A stretch of 63,995 nucleotides of DNA, filler included, from Acidimicrobiia bacterium (GTDB taxonomy: Bacteria; Actinomycetota; Acidimicrobiia; Spongiisociales; JAENVV01), in the NCBI GenBank assembly GCA_041577335.1. It is 11 parts of 11 records of this genome, joined end to end, with 100 filler letters (N's around TTAATTAATTAA, not from the genome) between each part and the next. Parts side by side here need not be neighbours in the genome. Positions count along the whole stretch, not along the records: positions 26,769 to 32,924 come from JBFGJH010000103.1; positions 33,025 to 39,121 come from JBFGJH010000104.1; positions 39,222 to 45,273 come from JBFGJH010000105.1; 8 more parts are not named here. The stretch is one strand, 5' to 3'. The translations under genes and the position numbers were made by a program. Positions 29,953 through 42,167 of the stretch are shown here, in pieces. The stretch's first letter is position 1; the number at the start of each line of letters is the position of its first letter. The notes beneath the pieces were generated by a model. The model saw only the letters and a program-made list of their open reading frames with translations, ran no database searches and was not told the origin of the DNA.

Positions 29953-30285
29953 GTGGCAAAGGACACCGACAAGCGAGTCGAAGCAGCAATTGCTGCTCTC
30001 GACGAGGTCCGCAACGACTGGCTGAAACGCACCGGTGTGACCGGCGTCGATGTCGGGTTTCTCTGGAAGGACGGAGTGATGACCGACGTGGTCGGCATCC
30101 GGGTGAAAGTCCGAGAGGTCCTCGCGCCCGAAGACGTCCCCGACGGAGAGCTCTTCCCGCAGTATCACCGCGACTTCCGGGTCCAGGTCCTGGAGGAGGC
30201 CCCGCCCACCCCTCAGCGATCCACACGAGCCGTACTCGAGGGAGGGAACCACCATGCCGAGGAAGCCAGCACAGAAGAGGATTGA
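29953..30285 (+). CDS. Stand-alone homolog of the N-terminal (pro)domain of the downstream protease
   Basis: KRVEAA...DWLKRTGVTGVDVGF aligns with KRIEAA...DWLRRPGVTAVDVGF of 30254-31558. Confidence 0.75.
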   Translation: MAKDTDKRVEAAIAALDEVRNDWLKRTGVTGVDVGFLWKDGVMTDVVGIRVKVREVLAPEDVPDGELFPQYHRDFRVQVLEEAPPTPQRSTRAVLEGGNHHAEEASTEED

Positions 30286-31558
30286 GGCGGCCAGCGAGCT
30301 CCTCGACGACAAACGCCGAGACTGGCTCCGCCGCCCAGGCGTCACCGCCGTTGACGTTGGCTTCAAGATATCGGAACGTAAGATCACCGAGACGCTTGCC
30401 CTGCGGGTTCATGTAGAGCGCAAGAAGCCACTTGCCGAGCTCCAAGAACACGAGATCTTCAACGTGTCGGCATCCGAAGCCACGTCCAAGCGCAAGCCCC
30501 AGAAGGTCGCCGAGTTCCCGATCGACGTCATCGAAGCGTCGTATGCACCCGACCGTATGGTCATCGTGGATCCGGAACAAGCGGAGGCCGTGAATGAGGC
30601 CATCGACCGCAAGGGCGTCATCACCCCCCTCATCGGCGGCATCAGCTGTGGCAACGCCCGAGTCACAGCCGGCACCCTCGCATGCATCGTTTTCGACCGA
30701 GAAGACTGCTCTCCCCAGATATTGAGCAACTGGCACGTCCTAGCCGGCAGCACCGACGCAATCGCCGGAGAAGAAATCTGGCAGCCGGGCCGGATCGACG
30801 GGGGCAACCCCAGTCGCACCGTCGCCCGACTCAATCGCTTCCGGCTCGACCGGGACATGGATGCCGCCATCGCCAAGCTCACCGGAGCCCGTCCGCATGT
30901 CCGGGATATCATCGGCCTGAAGCCTGTGGCGGGCATGGAGACGCCTCAACTGGGCATGCAAGTGGTGAAGTCGGGGCGCACGACCGGCAACACGGAAGGC
31001 CTGATCGATGGAGTGAGCTTGTCGACGGCCATCAACTATCGAGCGCCCACCGGGATCGTCCAGTTTCGCGATCAGATCCATATCGTGCCCCGGCCACCGT
31101 GGCCGGCGGTCGACTACGAGGTGTCGATGGGCGGCGACTCAGGGTCGGTATGGATCAACGAGGCGACGGACAAAGCCGTGGGTTTGCACTTTGCCGGCGA
31201 AACCGACTCGTCACCGACCTCGGAGAACGCGATCGCCAACCCGATCGAGAAGGTGGCCGGCGAACTGAACTTCTCATTCCTGCCCATCGTCTGTCCAGCG
31301 CCGCCAACCGATCCGCCTCCCCCGCCGCCCAACCGGGATCTGATCAGGTTGATCCTGTGCCGGATCTTTCCGTTCTTGTGCGGGGCCGGCATGCAGAGTC
31401 TCCCAGCCATCGGAAGCCACGTCTGCACGTGTGGGCACCAGCACGGTGGAGCCCAGCCGTTCTCGGACACGGGCTATGGCCAGAATGGCGAGATCATGGA
31501 GCGAATGATCGACGCCATGGCGGCAGAACTGGCTCGGGAGGTCGACGGCAATCGCTAG
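30254..31558 (+). CDS. Trypsin-like (PA clan, NAL1-like) serine protease without signal peptide
   Basis: Triad ILSNWHVL / DMDAAIA / GGDSGS; AGTL, VVKSGRTTG, VGLHFAG. Confidence 0.88.
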   Translation: MPRKPAQKRIEAASELLDDKRRDWLRRPGVTAVDVGFKISERKITETLALRVHVERKKPLAELQEHEIFNVSASEATSKRKPQKVAEFPIDVIEASYAPDRMVIVDPEQAEAVNEAIDRKGVITPLIGGISCGNARVTAGTLACIVFDREDCSPQILSNWHVLAGSTDAIAGEEIWQPGRIDGGNPSRTVARLNRFRLDRDMDAAIAKLTGARPHVRDIIGLKPVAGMETPQLGMQVVKSGRTTGNTEGLIDGVSLSTAINYRAPTGIVQFRDQIHIVPRPPWPAVDYEVSMGGDSGSVWINEATDKAVGLHFAGETDSSPTSENAIANPIEKVAGELNFSFLPIVCPAPPTDPPPPPPNRDLIRLILCRIFPFLCGAGMQSLPAIGSHVCTCGHQHGGAQPFSDTGYGQNGEIMERMIDAMAAELAREVDGNR

Positions 31559-31769
31559 GCCAGGCAATACATTGGCTGGATGTATCTCGACGTAAGCCAA
31601 GAAGCCGGCAACATCGGCTGAGAAGTGATGTCACCGGGTTTGCCGCGCCGATCAAAGGTCTTTGGCCTCTAGACGAAAGACCCGGCGTCAAGGAGCTTGG
31701 TGTCAAGGAGCTTTATCAACAGCTCCCTTTCAGGGGCAGTTGGAATCGCCAGCTAGCAAGGAGGTTGGT

Positions 31770-32516
31770 ATGGGAAGGTTTGATGGTTGGGTAGCTCTGG
31801 TCAGCGGCGGAGCCCGCGGCATGGGCGCCAGCCACGTCCGGGGGTTGGTAGGCGAAGGCGCCAAGGTGGTCTTCGGTGACATCCTCGACGATGACGGCAA
31901 AGCGCTCGCCGAAGAGCTCGGCGACTCGGCGCACTACCTCCACCTCAACGTCACCAAGGATGACGACTGGAAGATGGCCGTCGCTGCCACCGAGGAGGCA
32001 TTCGGCCCGATCAGCCTGCTGGTCAACAACGCCGGCATCGTCGCCTTTGGCGCAGTCGAAGAGATGGACACTGACGAGTTCCGCCGAGTGATCGATATCA
32101 ATCTCACCGGCGTTTTTCTTGGCATGCACTACACGGTGCCATCCCTACGCAAGGCCGGTGGTGGGGCGATCATCAACATCTCCTCGACAGCCGGGCTGAT
32201 GGGGTATGCCACCATCAGCGCCTACGGCGCGTCGAAGTGGGGCGTGCGCGGTATGACCAAGGCCGCAGCGATGGAACTGGGCGGGGACAACATCCGCGTG
32301 ATGTCGATCCATCCAGGGCCCATCCGCACGCCGATGACAGCGGACATGGGCGACGAACTGACCGCAGCGCAGCCCATCAAGCGCTTCGGAGAGCCCGAAG
32401 AAGTCACCAAGCTGCTGATGTTCATGGCGGCCGACGCCACCTTCAGCACTGGATCCGAGTGGATAATCGATGGAGGGGCCGTGCTCGGCCCGGTCATCGA
32501 ACTGCCGCAGGAGTAG
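31770..32516 (+). CDS. Short-chain dehydrogenase (3-alpha/20-beta-hydroxysteroid dehydrogenase-like)
   Basis: SGGARGMG, NNAG, NISS, YGASK. Confidence 0.92.
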   Translation: MGRFDGWVALVSGGARGMGASHVRGLVGEGAKVVFGDILDDDGKALAEELGDSAHYLHLNVTKDDDWKMAVAATEEAFGPISLLVNNAGIVAFGAVEEMDTDEFRRVIDINLTGVFLGMHYTVPSLRKAGGGAIINISSTAGLMGYATISAYGASKWGVRGMTKAAAMELGGDNIRVMSIHPGPIRTPMTADMGDELTAAQPIKRFGEPEEVTKLLMFMAADATFSTGSEWIIDGGAVLGPVIELPQE

Positions 32517-32529
32517 GAACGACAAGCAA

Positions 32530-32571
32530 CGAACGAGGGCCACCGCCAGAGGGCGGGCAGCCCTCGTTCGC
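32530..32571 (+). terminator. Hairpin after the SDR gene
   Basis: cgaacgagggc...gccctcgttcg. Confidence 0.6.
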
Positions 32572-32689
32572 GTAGATATGGGCGCAAGCCGGCAAGCCGG
32601 CAGACACGGTCCAGCCCGACCTGCCGGAGACGGGTGCCCTCGTGGCCCGTCCCGATTGGTTTCTCGATGCTATGAAAGGAGAGGTTCGC

Positions 32690-32924
32690 ATGACCACCAC
32701 CGCGGCGGACGCCAGGCCGCTCGCCGAAAGAACCTTGGAAGCCACGAGCGCCAAGGATGTCGATGCACTCCGGAGGCTATCCCACGAAGACGTAGTGCTC
32801 GACATTGTCGTGGGGCGGGAAATCAGAGGCAACGAGGCATCGGCTGCCTTCATGGCCGAGCTGTTCACCGCTTTCCCGGACATGCAATTCGCCATTGATC
32901 GCATGTTGAGTGTCGACGAGAACA
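32690..32924 (+). CDS. SnoaL/NTF2-like protein, truncated
   Basis: AAGGAG RBS; EIRG...FMAELFTAFPDMQF. Confidence 0.8.
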
Positions 32925-33059
32925 NNNNNNNNNNNNNNNNNNNNNNNNNNNNNNNNNNNNNNNNNNNNTTAATTAATTAANNNNNNNNNNNNNNNNNNNN
33001 NNNNNNNNNNNNNNNNNNNNNNNNCCCCATCGTGACTGCTAGCTTGCTCGCCAGCTTTC

Positions 33060-34469
33060 ATGGCTTTCAACAGCGTCCAGTACGCCCTCCTGCTGATCAC
33101 GGTCTTTGGCCTCAATCAGGTCTTACCGCGTCGCGGCCAAAACGTCCTGCTCCTGCTGGCGTCGTATTTCTTCTACGGATCGTGGGACTGGCGATTCCTC
33201 TCGCTGCTGTGGATCTCGACACTCGTCGACTACATGGTGGGGCGGGCGCTGCCGGCTGCCGAAGGCCGGCGTCGCCGTCGGCTTCTCATCATCTCCATGA
33301 CTGTGAACCTGGGCTTTCTGTGGATCTTCAAGTATCTGGGCTTCTTCGTCGATTCGGCGGCCCGCCTGCTCGAAGCTGTGGGGCTGGAGCCCAACCTCCC
33401 GATGCTCAGCATCGTTCTCCCCATCGGGATTTCCTTCTACACCTTCCAGACCATGTCGTACACCATCGATATCTACCGCGGCCGCATGACACCAACCAAG
33501 GACCTGCTGTCCTTCGCCGTCTTCGTTGCATTCTTTCCGCAACTCGTCGCCGGGCCCATCGAGCGGGCCAAACACCTGCTGCCGCAATTCGAAGCCGACC
33601 GGCCGCCAACTGATTGGAACCACCTCGGGTCGGGCCTGTATCTCATCCTCATCGGGTTGTTCAAGAAGGTCGTGCTCGCCGATAGCGTCGCTCCGATCGT
33701 CGAAGAGGCGTTTGCGGGAGCAGGCACGGCCGGATGGCTTCAGCTGGTGGTCGGCGTCTATGCATTTGCGCTTCAGATCTACGGTGACTTCTCCGGGTAC
33801 TCATCGATCGCCCGCGGATCGGCCCGCCTGCTGGGGATCGACTTGATGGTGAACTTCAACCAGCCCTATCTCTCGCGCAACATCACCCAGTTCTGGCGGA
33901 CGTGGCACATCTCGTTGTCAACCTGGCTGCGGGACTATCTGTACATCCCACTTGGGGGCAATCGAGGGAGCTCGCTGGCGACGCAGCGCAACCTCATGAT
34001 CACGATGCTGCTCGGCGGGCTCTGGCATGGCGCAGCGTGGGTCTTCGTGATCTGGGGAGGCTTGCACGGTCTCTATCTGGTTGTTCATCGCCGGATGAGA
34101 CACGCCCACGAAGGGGGTGAGAACCAGGCGCCCAAACTCCGCGATGTTCCGGCCATCGTGGCGACATTCAACCTGGTGGCGCTGGCGTGGATCTTCTTTC
34201 GAGCCGCCGACCTCACCCAGGCGCTTGCCTACCTCGGCGGAGTGATCACCCTCCGGGCCGGGCCAATTCCCTGGGACAGCATCGTTCTGGTTGGCCCGCT
34301 GTTGCTGGCGTCGCTGGGCCTCGACTTGGCGCAGCGACGCGGCGGCTCCCATGAGGCGATCCTGGACTGGCCCGGAATCCGCCGCGGGCTCGTCTACGCC
34401 TCGTGCCTGATCGGCATTGTGCTCTTCAGCGGCCAGCCCACCGTCCCCTTCCTCTACTTCCAGTTCTGA
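33060..34469 (+). CDS. MBOAT O-acyltransferase (AlgI/DltB-like)
   Basis: LPIGISFYTFQ, FFPQLVAGPI, YGDFSGYS, FWRTWHISLS, GLWHGA, FLYFQF. Confidence 0.95.
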   Translation: MAFNSVQYALLLITVFGLNQVLPRRGQNVLLLLASYFFYGSWDWRFLSLLWISTLVDYMVGRALPAAEGRRRRRLLIISMTVNLGFLWIFKYLGFFVDSAARLLEAVGLEPNLPMLSIVLPIGISFYTFQTMSYTIDIYRGRMTPTKDLLSFAVFVAFFPQLVAGPIERAKHLLPQFEADRPPTDWNHLGSGLYLILIGLFKKVVLADSVAPIVEEAFAGAGTAGWLQLVVGVYAFALQIYGDFSGYSSIARGSARLLGIDLMVNFNQPYLSRNITQFWRTWHISLSTWLRDYLYIPLGGNRGSSLATQRNLMITMLLGGLWHGAAWVFVIWGGLHGLYLVVHRRMRHAHEGGENQAPKLRDVPAIVATFNLVALAWIFFRAADLTQALAYLGGVITLRAGPIPWDSIVLVGPLLLASLGLDLAQRRGGSHEAILDWPGIRRGLVYASCLIGIVLFSGQPTVPFLYFQF

Positions 34470-35527
34470 TGATCGTTTCCAAGAGCTTTCGCACGATGTT
34501 GATCACGGTTGCCGTCGTGATCGTCGTCGCCGAATTGGGGGCTCGTGCCCTCCAGCCACACCTGCCCGAATCGGTGACCTGGCCGTCTCCGTTTGCCCAG
34601 GCCAAGGCGGAGAACGCGGCAGACCTAGGGCACACCGACGTCGTCGTTCTCGGTTCGTCGGTTGCCAATGCCAATCTGGATCCGCCCGCGATTGTGGCCG
34701 GCGTTCCATGGGCCGACACGGGCTACAACGCAGCCCTGCCGGCAGAGAGCCCCATGCAATGGGAGCTGTGGGCACGCGACGTCGTTTTTCCCGACCTCTG
34801 CCCAAACGTCTTGGTGATCTCGGTGAGCCCGCGTGACACGAACGACAACCTCAGCGACGCCGCTCGCGACGTCGAACGCTACCTCGCCGCCGACGGACGC
34901 CTGGCGCTGTACGGCGCCGATCCCTTGATAGCTCAAATCGAGCGCATCTCCACTGACCTCTCGGCGCTCGTGGCGCTCCGCGAGCGTCTGCGAGAGCCGG
35001 CCAACGTCTACCGGTATCTGCGCGACGGCAAAGCGCCCGGCTGGCCGCAGCTCGACCTGACACCGGCAGGGCGCTATCTCGGCTTCGACGATGACCGGAC
35101 TTATCGGCCCAACGCCGAACGAGACGATGCGCTCGGCGAGGGCGCCTTGGCCGATTACGAGGTGGGGCCGGCGATGTTCGGAGCGCTGGAGCGCATCATC
35201 GAGGATGCCCGGTCACGGGGCATCGTCGTGGTTCTGGTCGACCTGCCGGCGATGACCGAAGAACTGGCCGCGATCTTCGACGACGGCGCCGACGACCTCG
35301 AGCGGTATCGCCAGGCCATCGACCTGCTCGCCAGCCGTCAGCAGGTCCCGCTCCTTAGATACGACGAGCTCAATGACGATCCTGACCTGTTTTCCGATCT
35401 GTACCACATGCGCGGAGTTGGAGCGGCGCTGGTTTCGGAGATGGTTGGCACCGACCTCGGTTTCATTCTTCCCACAGAGCCGAATCAGCCGTCATGTCCG
35501 ACACGTGATCCCGACAGAATCCCCTAG
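34469..35527 (+). CDS. SGNH-like membrane-anchored protein (AlgJ/DltD-like partner of the MBOAT)
   Basis: N-terminal TM helix, VVLGSS, FSDLYHM (DxxH); TGATG coupling. Confidence 0.7.
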   Translation: MIVSKSFRTMLITVAVVIVVAELGARALQPHLPESVTWPSPFAQAKAENAADLGHTDVVVLGSSVANANLDPPAIVAGVPWADTGYNAALPAESPMQWELWARDVVFPDLCPNVLVISVSPRDTNDNLSDAARDVERYLAADGRLALYGADPLIAQIERISTDLSALVALRERLREPANVYRYLRDGKAPGWPQLDLTPAGRYLGFDDDRTYRPNAERDDALGEGALADYEVGPAMFGALERIIEDARSRGIVVVLVDLPAMTEELAAIFDDGADDLERYRQAIDLLASRQQVPLLRYDELNDDPDLFSDLYHMRGVGAALVSEMVGTDLGFILPTEPNQPSCPTRDPDRIP

Positions 35528-35964
35528 AGGTCGGGCATTCTGGCGGCCAGGCTATCGACCTGCCGACCCAGTCCGCCACCAACGGCTTGGGTGATCGCGG
35601 GGAAGAACATGGTGGACAAGAGGCCTTTCGGAGCGAGCTCGAGCGAGACGCTCAGCTCGGTCGAGGCGTCGATCGGGGCGAGCGCCACCGTGATCGTGCC
35701 CTCGAGCTCGGAGCTGCGAATGTTCAACGCCATCTCTTCGAGCGGGGTGTGGCGAACCGTCGTGGCCGTCCCCGAGTACCGCTGACCGGCCACGGCCACG
35801 ACGAAGAGGAACTGTTCGAGCAGGCCGTCAGCCGAGTGAGACGGACGCGACACGTCCTGGACGCCGGCGAGTTGTCCCCAAGTGTCAGGGCGTTGCAGGG
35901 CCGCCCAGGCTTCGTCCACATCGGCCGACGTCGTGGCCTGGTGAGAGAATCGGGCGGACGGCAT
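35524..35964 (-). CDS. SRPBCC/CoxG-like protein
   Basis: AWAALQRPDTW...GV; START-like pattern, 146 aa. Confidence 0.7.
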   Translation of the reverse strand: MPSARFSHQATTSADVDEAWAALQRPDTWGQLAGVQDVSRPSHSADGLLEQFLFVVAVAGQRYSGTATTVRHTPLEEMALNIRSSELEGTITVALAPIDASTELSVSLELAPKGLLSTMFFPAITQAVGGGLGRQVDSLAARMPDL

Positions 35965-36113
35965 GGCGGCAGGGTAGCTGCCTTGGGCTGGGGTTGGCCC
36001 CGTCGCGCAGTGGATCTCGGTTGGCGTGCGTGGCCGCGGCCCTACCGGTGCCGCCGGCTCGAAACGGTGTCCCCGGCGAGTTATCGACCGGTGGCAACTA
36101 GGCTGCTCACCTC

Positions 36114-36959
36114 ATGCCCGGTCTGCTTGCTTTCCACGCCCATCCTGACGACGAAACAACGTCGACCGGTGGCGTCCTGGCCAAGTACTCAGCCGCCGGG
36201 GAGCACGTTGTGGTGGTCACCGCAACCGATGGCGCCGAAGGCGAGATTCACAACTACGACGATCCGGAGTCGCTCAGGGGCCAGTTGACGGAAATGCGCG
36301 AGCAGGAACTCGACGCGGCTCTGAGAATCCTGAACATCGAGCACCATGCGTTTCTCGGATACCGCGATTCGGGGATGATGGGAACCGACGCCAACGCCGA
36401 CAGTCGGAGCTTCTGGCAGGCGGATTTCATGGAGGCGACCGGCAAGCTCGTCTCGTTGATCCGGCACCATCAACCGGAGGTGTTGGTGGTCTACGATCCG
36501 TTCGGCGGATACGGCCACCCCGATCACATCCAGGTTCACCGCGTGGGGGTAGCCTCATACTGGGGAGCGAATGACGTGGTTCGATTTCCGCTTGCCGACG
36601 GAGAAGAGCCCTGGCAGCCCGCCAAGCTGTACTGGTCGGCATGGCCCCGCAGTCGTATGCGCGCCTTTGCCGATCTGCGGCTCGCCGCCGACCTGATTTC
36701 TGAGGAAGACGCCGAGCGTATGCGGGAATCGGGAACCCCGGACGAGGCCATCACCACGTGGATCGACGTGCGTGAGCACCTGGACCAGAAGAACGATGCC
36801 TGGAAGGCTCATCGAACCCAGATCCCCGAAGACTGGTTCTTCTTCCAGGTGCCCGACGATCTGCGCCCCGACGTATTCGGCGACGAAACGTTCGTCCGCG
36901 TGTTCGGACCCACCGACGGCCATTCAAGAGAAACCGACCTGTTCTCAGGCCTGCGCTGA
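36114..36959 (+). CDS. PIG-L family deacetylase (MshB/Mca-like)
   Basis: FHAHPDDE, LGYRDSGM, GGYGHPDHI, AHRTQ. Confidence 0.9.
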   Translation: MPGLLAFHAHPDDETTSTGGVLAKYSAAGEHVVVVTATDGAEGEIHNYDDPESLRGQLTEMREQELDAALRILNIEHHAFLGYRDSGMMGTDANADSRSFWQADFMEATGKLVSLIRHHQPEVLVVYDPFGGYGHPDHIQVHRVGVASYWGANDVVRFPLADGEEPWQPAKLYWSAWPRSRMRAFADLRLAADLISEEDAERMRESGTPDEAITTWIDVREHLDQKNDAWKAHRTQIPEDWFFFQVPDDLRPDVFGDETFVRVFGPTDGHSRETDLFSGLR

Positions 36960-37152
36960 AACCCTGGTCGGCCGACGTCGGGCTCGACAGTCTTCACCTC
37001 TCCTCCAACGAGCGGAGCGAGCGTTTGGAGAGTTGGTTTGGCCGGTAGGTGACAGCGGAGGGGGCGGAGGAGGCGGAGCCTCGGCGCCGACGTGCGTGCC
37101 CCCCAAAAAACCAACAGCACTCTCTTTCCCGGCCACTAGCCTGTGGTGATCC

Positions 37153-38751
37153 ATGCTCGTAGTACGTGACGTACGAATAGAGGCGGGCGTTCGCGTCCTC
37201 ATCGAGGAGGCTTCGTTCACCATCCAGCCCGGAGACAAGATCGGTCTCGTCGGGCGGAATGGCGCGGGCAAAACGACACTCATGCGCACGGTGGTGGGAC
37301 AAGCCACGCCTGCCGACGGGCGGGTGGTTCGCACCGGGGCGCTCGCCTATTTCAGCCAGGAGGCAGCTCTCCCCGAACTCGAGCGACCCAATGCCACGGC
37401 GCTCGAGAGGATCTTGGCTGCTCGTGAAGTGGGGGCGATGCTGCAAGAGATCGAACATGCCCGGCATCGCATCGAGCTCCTCGACCACGAAGAACGAGAC
37501 CGGGCCGTGCGACGGTTCAGTCGTCTCACCGATGAGTTCGAGGCCAAAGGCGGATATGCCCTCGAGGCCGAAGCCAAATCCATCGCTGCGTCCGTGGGGA
37601 TCGGCAACGAGGACCTCCATCAATCGGTCGTCACCATGTCGGGTGGGCAGCGGCGCAGAGTCGAACTGGCGCGCATCCTGTTCACCGTGTCTGATGTGAT
37701 GGTCCTGGATGAGCCAACCAACCACCTCGACCTGGACGCCAAGGCGTGGCTGATGGACTACCTGGCCAGATACAAAGGTGGGCTTCTGGTGGTGAGCCAC
37801 GACCTGCCCCTCCTCGATCAGTCGATCACCTCGGTGCTGTCCCTGGAGCATCGGCGCCTGGAGGCGTACCGTGGCAACTACTCCCATTTTCTCGAAGAGC
37901 GGGAGGCCCGCCAAGCGCAGCGGCTCCGCGAGAGAAAGACACAGGAGAAGAAACTCGACCAACTCGAAACCACGATCCGTCGCTTCAAGGGCTCAACCGA
38001 GAAGATGGCTCGGAAGGCCAAGACCATGGAAACGAGGGCGGCTCGCCTGCGCAACGACCTCGTCGAGATCCACAAGTCGGGCAAACACGTGGCGGTGCGG
38101 TTCCCCCAGCCAGAGTCGTCGGGCCGAACGCCACTGACGGGAGATGGCCTCGCCAAATCTTTCGGTGACAACCTGGTGTTCATGGACATCGATGTCGACA
38201 CCAACCGAGGCGAGAGGCTGATCATCATCGGCCTCAATGGCGCGGGAAAGACCACCCTGTTGCGAATCCTGGCCGGTGTCGAGACACCCGATCTCGGGTC
38301 GGTAGACGTCGGCCCAAAGACGTCGATTGGCTACTACGCACAGGAACACGAGCAGATCCACGCCGACCAAATCGTTTTCGACCACATGCGCGCGGTGAGC
38401 GCGCTGCCCGACCGCGACCTCCGAACCGTGCTGGGGCACTTCCTCCTTGCCGACAAGGTCGATCAACTGGCCGGCACCCTTTCGGGTGGTGAAAAGACGA
38501 AGCTGGCGCTCGCCCAACTCGTGGTGATGAGCCCGAACGTCCTGCTGCTCGACGAGCCGACCAACAACCTCGATCCGCAAGCGAAACGAGCGTTGCTCGA
38601 TGCTTTGCACGCTTACACCGGCACCATCATCTTCGTTTCTCACGATACGGAGTTCGTGGAGGAGCTCGGTCCCGATCGCGCCATCCTCATGCCGGACGGG
38701 GAACACGAGTATTTCGACGAATCGATGCTCGAACTCGTGGCGATGGCGTGA
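37153..38751 (+). CDS. ABC-F family ATPase
   Basis: Two ABC domains (GRNGAGKT, GLNGAGKT; SGGQ/SGGE; LDEPTN) and no TM helices. Confidence 0.93.
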   Translation: MLVVRDVRIEAGVRVLIEEASFTIQPGDKIGLVGRNGAGKTTLMRTVVGQATPADGRVVRTGALAYFSQEAALPELERPNATALERILAAREVGAMLQEIEHARHRIELLDHEERDRAVRRFSRLTDEFEAKGGYALEAEAKSIAASVGIGNEDLHQSVVTMSGGQRRRVELARILFTVSDVMVLDEPTNHLDLDAKAWLMDYLARYKGGLLVVSHDLPLLDQSITSVLSLEHRRLEAYRGNYSHFLEEREARQAQRLRERKTQEKKLDQLETTIRRFKGSTEKMARKAKTMETRAARLRNDLVEIHKSGKHVAVRFPQPESSGRTPLTGDGLAKSFGDNLVFMDIDVDTNRGERLIIIGLNGAGKTTLLRILAGVETPDLGSVDVGPKTSIGYYAQEHEQIHADQIVFDHMRAVSALPDRDLRTVLGHFLLADKVDQLAGTLSGGEKTKLALAQLVVMSPNVLLLDEPTNNLDPQAKRALLDALHAYTGTIIFVSHDTEFVEELGPDRAILMPDGEHEYFDESMLELVAMA

Positions 38752-38795
38752 GCCGATTCCGGGAACCGGCGCCGTCAGGCCGACGTCTCAAAGGC

Positions 38796-39121
38796 ATGAA
38801 GAGACTGATGATATTGATGGCGGTGCTTGCCATCGGTGCGGCAGCCTGTGGCTCAGGTGTCGGAGACATCGACGCGCCGACCGATGCGGGCCAAGGCGCC
38901 ACAACCTTGGTCGACACCGCCGATTCCACAGTTTCTAATGACAATGGAGCTGCCCCAGGTTCGACTGTTGCCGAGCCGCCCGGAGTGCCGAGAGCCGACC
39001 CGGTGAAACCGCCCGTCGAGAAGGGTGTCTTCACTCTGAGCTCGGCCGACGTCCTCGTCATGGAGAGCTATCCGATCCAGGTGACCGTGGTGGTTGACGG
39101 GACCATCCCCACTCCCTGCGA
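38796..39121 (+). CDS. Lipoprotein, truncated
   Basis: AAAC lipobox; MESYPIQVTVVVDGTIPTPC. Confidence 0.7.
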
Positions 39122-39445
39122 NNNNNNNNNNNNNNNNNNNNNNNNNNNNNNNNNNNNNNNNNNNNTTAATTAATTAANNNNNNNNNNNNNNNNNNNNNNN
39201 NNNNNNNNNNNNNNNNNNNNNACCCGAACGCGTCGCCGGTGAGTCCGCGAAACGCGATTTTTTTTCCAGCGCTTCGCCCATCAAGAAGGCACGCCAGCAG
39301 ACTGGTATTGGCGGTGACTAGCCCCCTCGGGCGACCGAAATGATCACACCGTGCCCGCAGAGACGACGGCAAAACGCCAGAGTTGCCGAGAGAGGGTCTT
39401 CTTCGCCGACGGCTCGGCCGAGTCCGGCCGCCATGCGGGCGCCGT

Positions 39446-39799
39446 CTATTCGCCGGCCGCAGAATCCTCGGCTTCGGCCTCGGCGGCCTCGACTTCCGCA
39501 AGTACTGCCGCCGCCTGGCGGGCACTGTCGGCGTCGCCTTCGACGATCTCGGCGCGGTCGGTCAGCAATGTGACCGTGTTGTCGAGGACCTGGATGAACC
39601 CACCATGCACCGCAATGGTGGTCCGGCCCCCCTCGCCATCCACCTCGACGGCGCCGGTGGTCAGAGCGCCCATCAGCGCCTCATGCCCGGCCTGAATGCC
39701 GATCTCGCCCTCGGTGGTCCGAGCGACAAGAAAAGTCGACTCGCCCGACCACACCACCGCCTCCGGCGACACAATGTCTACTTGGAAGGTGTTGGCCAC
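39446..39799 (-). CDS. atpC: ATP synthase F1 epsilon
   Basis: VDIVSPE, GEIGIQAGH, HGGF; operon position. Confidence 0.95.
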   Translation of the reverse strand: MANTFQVDIVSPEAVVWSGESTFLVARTTEGEIGIQAGHEALMGALTTGAVEVDGEGGRTTIAVHGGFIQVLDNTVTLLTDRAEIVEGDADSARQAAAVLAEVEAAEAEAEDSAAGE

Positions 39800-39822
39800 C
39801 GCTTACTCCCTTGCCACCCGGC

Positions 39823-42163
<2,341 letters not shown>

Positions 42164-42167
42164 TCGG

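Noticed and set aside
36960..37152. Attenuator or leader peptide implying an antibiotic-resistance ABC-F
   Set aside because: No convincing uORF with RBS or terminator/antiterminator pair; the protein could equally be a housekeeping ABC-F
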